Under the pieces are notes generated by a model. That model did not search any database, had not been told where the DNA came from, and worked only from the letters and a program-made list of their open reading frames with translations. A DNA stretch of 64,000 nt from Ptychomitrium polyphyllum (Eukaryota), in the NCBI GenBank assembly GCA_973851085.1, contig OZ316776.1:8742001-8806000 (forward strand), read 5' to 3'. The translations under genes were made by a program, and so were the position numbers. This document shows positions 26,856 to 38,239 of this stretch, piece after piece (position 1 is the first letter of the stretch; every line of letters starts with the position of its first letter).

Positions 26856-29800
26856 TCCATTTTGAAGTGTTCAAAACAGGTCTTTCAAGAATGTTATATT
26901 CTTTAGTTTTAAATATTTAAAACTTTCAATTGTTAAAATAATTTCTAAGTTAAAAATTTAACATTTTTACAAAATACATTACCATGTGTTATCAATAAGG
27001 TTTAAGGTACAAACGTCTAAATCCAATGCATGAAAACAAAGTGCTAAGAAACAAAGTATTTGTTTAAGTTTTAAATTTTATTCATTGTCTAAAATTAAGT
27101 TCCAAGACCTATAAAAATTTCCCTATTTTCTTAATTTCTAATTTCTTGAGCCATTTTTAGATTCAAATCATAATTACTTTTGAAGTGTTATAGGTGAATA
27201 TGAAAGTAAGATATGGAAATTTCAATTGTAAAATGTTTTAATTAACTTGTTAGAGATAATATAGATAAAATTTAAAACCATGAGGCTTTATAGATTGGAA
27301 GATGTTTATTGTTTAACTATAAAAGAATTGTTCAAAAATTTTGCTTGTGGCATTTTGGAATTGACATACAATACAATTAAATTTGTCCTAATAAAATGAC
27401 TACAACAGTTTTAGAAAAAAATCCATCACAAGAATACATAATTGGCACAAAGAAACATATTGGAAATAATTTATGTATCCAAAATTGACCTTGTAATATC
27501 AAAAATGATCCAAAAATTTGTAAAATAAAATGTGCCTAATAAATAGACTCTTTTATATTAAAAACACTCCTTAAAATCTTCATAAAATCTTGGTTGATGC
27601 AAAAAAGTTATTACATGATCAAACTTGATTTAAAATCTAATGCAATTATTTAATTTCAATTAAAAAAATTATAGTTCTTTTGAATTTTTGGAGAGTCAGA
27701 GTATTAAAAGAATATAATTTGAAACCTTCAAGGATGAAGCAAAAATGATAAATATAACTTCATGATTTTAAATAGATATAACATCTTATTTCCAACAATG
27801 GCCTTGTTTTGTAATAAAAAATCCATATTTTTTATAATAACAACTCTATATGATAACCAAATTTTAATTAATCATATTTATCAAATTAAATATTTAAAAT
27901 ATTTTGGAATAATTTGAAAGGAAAACAATCACATTTCAAATGCAATATAATATCCACACATAATTCATTATAAAATATACAATATACATCTTTTACACTA
28001 AAAAAGATGTTATATTGTACCACATTATCAGCTAAAATCATTCCAAATGGTGTATTTTGAGTGTAAAAGGTTAGCTTCTTGTCTAATAACAACTTGTTTT
28101 AACTCTTATCATCAGTCTTACAACCTTTAATAAAAACCCTAAATGAGCTTATTAACTTAGTTTGCTAATAATTGTATGGAATTTTTCCTAAAGTAAAATA
28201 AAATTAAAAATTGATTATAAATTAATCTAAAAGTTCAATTTGATCCTTAAGTTTAAAGGTCAACAATGCTTCATATTATAAATTTATAAACTGTTTTTAT
28301 AGAGTTGCTAACATTAAAAGCATTATGAGCTTAAGTTTTCTACTTCAACTACAAATCATCCAATTGATATTTAAAAAGTGTAAGGTTCCATTTCTTCCAA
28401 GAGTGGATGGGATAATAATTTTTTTTTGTAATTGGATCAAAAATAGTACAAATTTTTTAAAGTAAATTTTAGGATTACCGTCAAAATACATACGATACAA
28501 GGGAATTGCCACGTCTTCTTACAATCTACAACCTACAAAAATTCTAATGTCATTCCACACTCCATCACAAAAATGAGCATTAATGGTTGAATTTGTCTAC
28601 TTTGTGCTCACTTAACCTTAAACCATCATGATGGAATCCTTGAACTTGGAAGTAAACCCATCAAGGACACCAATGAAAAAGTGCTTTCTTTGATAGAAAA
28701 CCCAAGGCCTAAAACTCACTCATCCTCTCTATCTCTATTTTTATCTCTATTGCTACATCTATCTCTATGTCTTTTTCTTTTTCTTCTTCTTCTTCTTGGG
28801 GTCAAACTGGATCGTATAACTGACGATAACTAATGGTAAACTGGTGAGTGTGGAGTAATGTAACACCCGTGATTCCTAATTCCTAGTTACTAGTTACTAG
28901 TTAGCCAGTGTGGAGAGTATGGAGCGACTCCCAGCGAATGAGAGGGCGAGTTTGGGTGAATTGAGTTAAGTGCAGAATAGGACCCCAGCAATTGCCAAGT
29001 TGGCGTGCACTGGTGTGCTTCTAGAACGCCTACAATGGCGCTCACTGCAGCGGAGCACAGCAATCGCCGAACTTGCGTGTTTGGCAGTGCAAGCAGGGAC
29101 CGGACCGATCCGCCACACCGATCCCGAACGCAGCGCTGGAGCACGCTGACTGGTGGCTGTCGAGGGTCCACCGCTCCCGACTCACCCATAGAACCTTCCA
29201 CGGAGATTTGGGTCGAGAAAAGAAACTGCAACCGAAAAGCCTATAAAGGCCAGGTTAACTTCGTGTACCCGGAAAGGAGGACAACACAGAAGCTTCTTAC
29301 GGTCGAGCATCTGGAAATACTCTGCTTCTGAGTACGGAGTCGCTCACAACCAGCTTCACTTAAGTATACCGTTGGCGCAACCTCTTTTGCCATCTCGCTG
29401 CGCTGCAGTAATACGGTGCAAGTTATCTTACTTGCAAAGCATCTAAACCAAGCCTGCCAATCTGGATTCTGCAGCGGACGGTCCACTGACTTAGGACGGT
29501 ATTAGTTTAGAACCATAGCACTACACTGAGCTGCCCTTCTTTGCAGTCCAGTCAGTCAATACCGGGTGCTCTCTGATCGATTTTCTGATCGCCCTTTTAA
29601 TCGTGCAGGCTGACATTGAGTCTGTCAAGCCATGTCATAGCTGCCAGACTCCAGAGATAGCTGCAGAGCCGCCCAGATCGGGTACCCACGTGGTTATATT
29701 GCTCTACCTTTGCACAGATTCTCACCGTTGTTGGTGCACGCCATGCGTTATGCTAGCAGTACTTATAACAACCCCTAGAGACGCAGACAACGTTAACAGA

Positions 29801-30042
29801 CAGCACTATACCGTCTGGTTTTGCAGTGACTTTGCTGCTGCAGAGAGTTGATTTGAGTTTCTGTACAAACATGGGAGAGAATTCTGTGAGGTAGTCTTGG
29901 GAGTCACAGTGCGCTAGAATCCGGCAGAGTTGGAGTTTTTCGAAAGGCAAAATTTGGCGTTTTTCGGTTTAAGAGTTCGAAGTGTTAGATTAACTGTGAA
30001 GGAAAAGGGAGTGTTTTGGGGTGTGGTGAGGGATTGGTATCC

Positions 30043-33000
30043 ATGGCGACCGAGAAGGGTGAGGCGCCGGATGAGCTGAGTTCTGAGCCGCCTGCGCATT
30101 GGAACCATGCTGCCGGGAGTCGGAGGTTGTCGCAAAGTGGGAGTAGAAGGTTGTCTTACTCGCAGAGTGTTGGGAATAGTATTCGGAGCTTGAGTGCCAA
30201 CGTGGGGGCGACATGGGGGCTGATCGGGATGGTGGATAATCCGTTGGAGCGGAGGTCGAACGCGCAGCACGACGATGTCATGGACGACGAGGAGGCGCTC
30301 AAGTGGGCCGCCGTGGAGCGCCTGCCTACGTACGACCGCGTGCGCACGAGCGTGTTTCACAAAGCCTCCGGGAGCGTGAAGCAGGTGGATGTGCGAGACC
30401 TCTCGCCATTAGAGACCAGCGAACTGCTCAACAAGCTTATGCAGGAAACTCAGGATGAGAACAACATCCTTTTGCTCGGAGTACGCAAACGCCTTGATAA
30501 GTACGCCCTCATCCCCGAAACTAATATTACATAACATGCATAACCCGAAGTATTTCATTCTTTTAGATTCTCTTAGAGCACCTTTTTTAGATTTGCAAAA
30601 AATAATTTCCATTTCCTGGAGCTCTAGAAAGTTGCCTGCACCGTCTCAACTTATTTGAAAAATTTCAGTTATGGCGATAGCAGGCAGTATTTCCGACGAT
30701 ACATGATGTTGCTTGCTATCGAGATTTTTAACTAGAGAACAAGTATCGGCTAAGTTTGAAAGTTATGCTACTTACACGTGCCTTGACAAGGGCGCCCAAT
30801 TTTCTGAAAACCACTCCTCAATAACATACAGAGCTAGAACCAGCCTTCTCATATTCTTTGTGTAGATGCTTCGGATTAACGTCCTCATATGCTTGTAGTT
30901 GAGAAGATAATACTCAAGTGAAGGTTGTGAGGTTTGAACATGAAGTTCTATATTTCATTCAATCTGGTTATTGGAGTACACTTCCCTTGTTTTGGTTTTC
31001 GACAAGGTTTGTTTTTGAGACGGACTGTGTGTTTTCAGAGTTGGTATTGAGCTGCCGAAAATTGAAGTGCGGTATGAGAATCTCTCAGTTGAAGCCGATT
31101 GCTACGTTGGGAATCGAGCTTTGCCGTCTCTTTGGAACGTCTCTCGAAACTTTGTTGAGGTATCGTCAATTTTCCATAACCGCGGGGGGATAAAAAGAAG
31201 ATAGGTGTCGAGAACGTTAAACATGAAGGTTGTATTTCAATTAAATTTAATTGATGTCTACTATCACCAAGTTTAGTAATTGTATTGTGCATTGAATTTC
31301 AGAGTATTTTGGATTCACTTCACCTCCCGATTAGTAAGAAGGCTGAGCTGTCTATTCTGGAGAATGTCAGTGGTGTTGTCAAGCCCAGCAGGTACTACTC
31401 CCATTTTGCAAGCTATCTTCAGTTTATGCCACAAAAGCTTAGATATCACCAATGATTTGCTGCTGCTCATAAATTCAATTCTGAAAACTGAATCTAGCTT
31501 GACAAGATGGAGTTTGTTGTGATATCTTAGGATGACGTTGTTACTCGGTCCACCCGGCTCTGGAAAGACGACGCTGCTCTTGGCTCTAGCAGGAAGGCTG
31601 GAGAAGGGTTTGCGTGTGAAGGGCAAGGTGACACTCAATGGCCACACCCACAACGAGTTTGTGCCGCAGAGGACGGCAGCCTACATTAGCCAGCATGACC
31701 TTCACGTCGGTGAAATGACCGTTAGGGAAACATTGGACTTTTCTGCCAAATGCCAGGGTATTGGCACTCGATATGGTGAGAGATTCATCAGCACTAGATC
31801 GTGCTGTCTCATTGGATTCTTACACATTTTTACAGTGAAATCTTCTGTGACTTTGTCAAGATCCTCTTGGGTAGTTCTATTTGCTAACATTGTCATTACT
31901 CTTTTAAATGCAGAGCTATTGGAGGAGGTAACCAGGAGAGAAAAGGAGGCTGGTATCTACCCTGAAGCAGATGTAGACGCATACATGAAGGTGCACTCAC
32001 CTTTCTTTTACTACCTCTTCTTGTAATATGGGTTTTGAACTTGGCATGGCTAGATTTCCCAGTGTCAATTTCAGAAAATTGCATGGCAATTATAATGTGC
32101 TTGATTTCTTACTTACCTTACTTGCGATGTGTGTTGGTTGATGCAGATGGCAGTTGTTTCAGGACAGCAGCAGAGCGTTGGAACAGATTACACTTTGAGG
32201 GTGAGCCTTTCTCTAATATTATGCCCTTTTTCGCACTTCCATGCTTTCTTCTCACCTCTTGTTTTAGGGTTTATCCCACTTGGGTTCTCCCAATGGATAA
32301 ATATGAGAGAGCTTGGAGAGTTTGAATCATACAAATTTTCTTCGCAGATATTGGGGCTGGATGTATGCGCCGACACACTTGTTGGAGACGACATGCGCCG
32401 TGGGATTTCAGGTGGTCAGAAGAAGAGAGTCACAACAGGTAAGAGTTACCAATCATTTTGAGTTGTTCACGGCTATATTTTGATCTGGTTGCTCAAAAGT
32501 TTCCATTGTATGCCAAGGAGCGAGAGTGAGGCCACATAAATTTAAGCTTTTTTTCGTTATAAAAAATGCAGGCGAAATGATTGTTGGGCCATGCACGGCG
32601 CTCTTCATGGACGAGATTTCAACAGGGCTAGACAGCTCCACAACATACTCCATTGTGAAGACCTTGGGCCAATTCACTCGGATGATGGACAGTACCGTTG
32701 TGGTCTCTCTTCTGCAGCCAGCTCCTGAAACCTTCGATCTCTTTGACGATGTCATTCTTCTGTCTGAGGGCCAGAGCGTGTACCATGGACCCCGTGAAAA
32801 TGTAATGAGCTTCTTCGAAGCCTGTGGCTTTAAGTGCCCTGCCCGGAAGGGCATTGCTGATTTCTTGCAAGAGGTATGCACATCACGGCATTCTTTGCGT
32901 CCTATTTGTTTATCTTCTTTCAAATCCACAAATACCATTGATTTAGAGTTGTACTTACCTTATCATTCGAAAAACAGGTGACTTCCCTGAAAGATCAGGA

Positions 33001-36000
33001 ACAGTACTGGGCTGACAACCAATGCCCATATCGCTACATTCCAGTCCGAGAATTTGCTGAAAAATTCAAAAAATTCGAAACTGGTGACAGAATGCTACAA
33101 GACCTATCCGTGCCGTATCCGAAAGAGAAAAGCCATCCAGCTGCATTGTGCAAAAAGAAATACGCAGGTACCAGAATGGAGCTTTTCAAGACCAGCTTCG
33201 GCAAGGAATATCTTCTCTTCAAGCGTAATGGCATTATCACAATCTTCAAAACCGTTCAGGTACTCAATACCTTCAATAACCTACATTCAACGTAGCCATT
33301 AATTATCACTTAATGGTCACAAACCAACACTCGGACAAGCTGTATTAGTGACTTATTTACTCAAGTGTCTAATTGCTCCCAATTTACCAAACAATCGCAG
33401 GTTTGTGTGGCGGCATTCATTTCCATGACTGTATTTTTTCGCACAAGATTAGACCATGAAACTATCGACGATGCCACACTCTACCTAAGTGCAGCCTTTT
33501 ATGCCGTCATTTCCATCATGTTCGGTGGTTTTGGAGAGCTTGCCATGACGATTGCCCGCCTTCCAGTGATCATCAAACAACGAGACTTGCTATTCTTCCC
33601 TGCTTGGACTTACTCCCTTTCAGCCGTGTTTCTCAGCATCCCCGGCTCAATTCTGGAGGCTGTGGTCTGGGTGGGCATGACTTATTACGTGACGGGCTAC
33701 TCTCCTGAACCCAGCCGCTTCTTCAAGCAAATGCTCCTTCTCTTTATGATTGAGCAAATGGCCGGTGCCTTGTTTCGTTTTATCGGTGCCTTGTGCAGGA
33801 CCATGATCCTGGCCAACACTCTTGGCTTTATGTTCATCCTCGTCTTCTTCATGTGCGGAGGGTTCCTCATTGGCAGACCTGATATCCCCAAGTGGTGGAT
33901 CTGGGCGTATTGGATCTCTCCCATAACGTATGCCCAACAGGCTATCAGTGTGAATGAGCTCAATGGTGATCGTTGGCAACACGTAAGTTTTGCGTGTTCT
34001 TGAATCCACTGTTTTTTGTGTACAATTTTGACTCCATTTTCGGATACACTGTGACCCAACTGGTGGATTGACCGTAATGTGTAGATTTAACATTTCCTTG
34101 AATATACTCAAAATCATTCAATCTCATTTTGATATATGCATACCGTAGGACTTAAGTGCTGGATTAGTCCAAATTAGTTAATTTAATTGACGTCCTGTTG
34201 ATTGGTTGTTTGGATTACAGCTTGGAGTTGGTACCGGTAATATGACTGTGGGGATGAGTGCTATGGCAAACCGAGGCCTGTACGTACATGGTTATTGGTA
34301 TTGGATTGGTTTAGGTGCACTTTTGGGGTTGGCAATCATCTACAATATTGGTTTCACTATTGCTCTCGGTTACATGCCTGGTAAGATTGAATTATGCCAG
34401 AGTGGATTATATCAATGCATGTGAGTTCAGAAGTAGAGAGTTGTTTTTTCCATGTGATGCTTTAGTTGCTAGAAGGGATGATTCTTTTGCTTCACTGATG
34501 AAGAGATTGGGACTATGGCAGCTTTGGGAACCCCCTCACCAGTTATGTCTGAGGAGGATCTGGCGTACAAGGAAGCAACCAAAGCAGGAGGGACTTTTAA
34601 TAATATATCGTCATCATCTCGGAAAAACCGCTCCTCATCAAGGAGAGCTTCAGCAGCCTTAGCAGCCAAGTCTCAGAAAGTGTCCAAACGAGAAGGGCAA
34701 TTGAGCAGAAGCAGGAGATCTAGTGGCGATAGGCAAATGGTGGTGCCCAAGGAGGTGAAGGGCATGATTCTACCTTTCGAGCCCTTGTCCATCTCCTTTG
34801 ATGAAATCAGCTACTTCGTTGACATGCCAGCTGTAAGCGAACTTTTCTCTTCCATTTTCCCAATATTACGGTTAAATGATTATGATCAGTTTGATCAAAT
34901 GGTTAGTATACTCATTTAGGTAATTAAATTAGTGGATTTTTGGGCACTGCAGGAAATGAAGCACGAAGGTGTAACAGAAACAAGGTTGAAGCTGCTGAAC
35001 AACATCACAGGCTCCTTCAGACCTGGTGTGCTCACAGCCTTGGTGGGAGTAAGTGGAGCAGGGAAGACCACTCTCATGGACGTGCTGGCAGGAAGGAAAA
35101 CAGGTGGTTACATAGAAGGTGACATTAGAATCTCTGGGTACCCGAAGAATCAAACCACGTTTGCTAGAATTGCAGGGTACTGCGAGCAGAACGATATCCA
35201 TTCTCCTCAATTGGATATCCGAGAGTCTCTTGTTTACTCTGCTTGGCTTCGTCTCTCCCCTGACATTTCCGACGAAGACAAACTGGTATGTGCTCATAAG
35301 AAATTATCATCAATTTCAGGTTTTTATTTAGAGATTTTTAATTAATATATTGTCACAATGAAATTTAGTCGTATAAACATAGTACAAGGTTACCTTAGTG
35401 GAGGCAGAGATATTAAATACTCTACTACTTAATCATACTACTTTTGTAAACTAGTAAAACCTTCAACCTCGCAGATTGATATTAGAACCAAGTTATGAAC
35501 CTACAGATTGAATTAACATTCATAGTCCAGCTGGTCTCAGATAAGTGATTTAATAAATTGGTTGTCAATTTGCAGCAATTCGTGGACCAAGTGATGGACT
35601 TGGTTGAGCTGAACCCCATAGAGCATGCCTTGGTGGGACTTCCTGGGATCTCTGGGTTGTCCACAGAGCAAAGGAAGCGTCTCACGATTGCGGTGGAACT
35701 GGTTGCCAATCCTTCCATTATTTTCATGGATGAACCCACCAGTGGCCTTGATGCTCGAGCAGCAGCTATTGTGATGCGCACTGTTCGCAACACAGTGGAC
35801 ACAGGCAGGACTGTTGTGTGCACCATTCATCAGCCTAGCATTGACATCTTCGAAGCTTTCGACGAGGTATGCACTTGAGTTGGACTTTCTTGGCTGTTGC
35901 TTTTAGAGAGTAAATTCAGATAGAGTGATCAGGTTTAAACCAGGTTTACTTACTAAAAAGATAAGTTTTGATCTATGATGTGCAGTTGTTGCTTCTGAAG

Positions 36001-37751
36001 CGTGGGGGACGAATTATATACAATGGACCACTAGGACATAACTCTGAAAAACTCATTGAATATTTTCAGGTATGACATTTGCAGATAGAAAATTGTTTGA
36101 AATTTTGTCATATCATTCTGGTAAGCTTGGGACTTGCATGATCTTTCTAGAGAAAATCTTAACATTGATCATTTATGTGCAGGGTTTCCCTGGGACTGCA
36201 AAAATCAAGGACGGTTATAATCCAGCCACTTGGATGTTAGAAGTCACAAACACTAGCGCTGAGAACCAACTTGGAATCGACTTTGCAGATCTTTATTTGA
36301 AATCAGCCCTTTATCAGTAAGAATCAATCATTGAAACTCTTTCAAAATATTAAAACGACTCCTATCGGTCCTTATGGTTGCAATGAGAATGCGTGCATGA
36401 AAATTATAGTCACTGATATATTGGGTGGCCTGGCAGACGGAACAAGCAACTCGTGGAGCAGCTAAAAACTCCACAACCAGGCTCTGAAGATCTGTACTTC
36501 CCAACACAATATTCCCAAAACTCCATTAATCAGCTTAGGACCATTTTATGGAAGCAGTTCATTACTTATTGGCGTAGCCCTGATTACAACCTCGTCCGCT
36601 TTATCTTCACCCTTTTAATTGCCTTGATCTTCGGCAGCCTGTTCTGGCAAATTGGAACAGATAGGTGAGAGAATTGACACTTCTGCTGATGAATATTTTC
36701 TTAAATCCCTCAACGTCACCCCTAATTAGCTTAATGCTTCCACTTGACCTAACTCTTAGCTTTATCAATTTGTTTTGTGCAGGAATAACTCTGCAGACTT
36801 GGTAAAGATACTGGGTGCCCTTTATGGATCAACTATTTTTTTATGCTTCAACAACTGCGGTGTGGTGCAACCTGTGATCAGCATTGAGCGCACTGTCTTC
36901 TACCGAGAGAAAGCAGCAGGGATGTACTCTGCCATACCATATGCCTTAGCTCAGGTAAGTTCATTGAATTCAAAATTCTAATCAAGCTACCCGAACTTAA
37001 TGCGAAATTTAATGGAAACTGTTTATGATAGTAAAGCTTTTGTGGTTGATCGAGTGCTTCGTTGTGGTGAGTAGGTTCTTGTGGAGATACCCTACGTGCT
37101 TGTGCAAACCTGCATGTACGCAGTTATCAGCTACTCCATGATTGGATTTGAGTGGACGGCTGCCAAGTTTTTCTGGTACCTGTATGTTCTCTACTTTGGG
37201 GTTATCACATTCACATATTATGGCATGATGATGGTGGCTCTCACTCCCAACGCTACTCTTGCCACCATTTGTGCCTCATTTTTCTACGCTCTCTTCAACC
37301 TCTTCTCCGGCTTCTTGATTAGTAAACCTGTATGCCCACCTCAACCTTGTCCTCAACCTTTGCTTCTTTTGGCTAACGTGGGTGTCGATTTCTTTTAGAA
37401 GGTGATTTTATTTTTTAAGATTTTTTTTGGGGGTATACATGGTCTAACTTCGGTGAATTTGTGGCTTTGGTGCTGCAGTTGATCCCTCCGTGGTGGATCT
37501 GGTACTATTGGATTTGCCCCGTTTCCTGGATCATCAACGGTCTTGTAAATTCCCAGATGGGTGATGTGACTACAAGTCTGATAATAACAGGTAGTGAATT
37601 GCCGACGACAGTGAGGCAATATATCAAGGACCAGTTTGGTTTTGAGCGCAGCTTTCTTAAGTGGACTGCTGTAGGGCTGGCTGGATGGGCTGTTTTCTTT
37701 GCCTTGATTTTCATTCTTGCCATCAAGTTCCTGAACTTCCAACGTCGTTAA
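30043..37751 (+). CDS. Full-size ABCG (PDR-type) ABC transporter, 20 exons: about 30043-30500, 31039-31159, 31303-31391, 31531-31775, 31914-31990, 32147-32200, 32348-32438, 32572-32873, 32978-33259, 33401-33982, 34221-34380, 34522-34832, 34953-35285, 35576-35866, 35986-36069, 36183-36316, 36437-36664, 36783-36954, 37075-37329, 37479-37751
   Basis: The N-terminus has the PDR motif [22 protein letters not shown]1 has [30 protein letters not shown] and [16 protein letters not shown]2 has [59 protein letters not shown]. There are two TMDs, and the protein ends in FLNFQRR*. All junctions are GT-AG and in phase. Confidence 0.97.
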
Positions 37752-38239
37752 CTTACAAGTTACAAGGCAAATGCAGGATTGGTTTACAAATAGGCAAAAA
37801 CAACGATTTTTGTAACTGACATAGTGGAGATTTAGGGTCTGCGGTTTCTCTTCATTCACCACTTTGTTACGCTCATGACGCTTGCAAATTACTTGCACGT
37901 CTTTGCATAGACAGTTGGTAGCTTCAAACCTTCTCTGTAAGGATTATAGGTTGCATTAGAGATTCCGTTTGTATATAATTTATTCGCAGTACTCTGTTGA
38001 CTGGATTCAGCTGCGGTTAATGACACGATTGATTTTAGATTTATCATGAATATCTTTGAAAGTCACAGCATGAGTAGAACTGTGTTTAAAGACACTCCCA
38101 AGCTGTACTTGTCATAATTTGAATCTTTATGTTGCGTATATTGCTTTCTATGTGATGACTGGATGTAGTCACCATAAGGTAGGGTACAAATGGTATTGAG
38201 AGCTAGATACTCTTCTTCAGACATTTTATATTGGCATGC

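Noticed and set aside
18920..28500. Specific transposon or viral assignment for the AT-rich blocks (also 41.7-44.4 kb)
   Set aside because: They look like decayed repeats, but I found no readable transposase, RT or integrase motif, LTR, TIR or TSD. RepeatMasker or tBLASTx would be needed.
28890..29950. ORFs of 65-113 aa upstream of the ABCG gene
   Set aside because: This is GC-rich promoter/leader sequence. The ORFs overlap on both strands, many use non-ATG starts, and they have no recognisable domains.
29914..37898. Many minus-strand ORFs over the ABCG gene, and plus-strand ORFs over the LRR gene
   Set aside because: They are antisense shadows of GC-rich coding exons with no independent motifs or splice structure.
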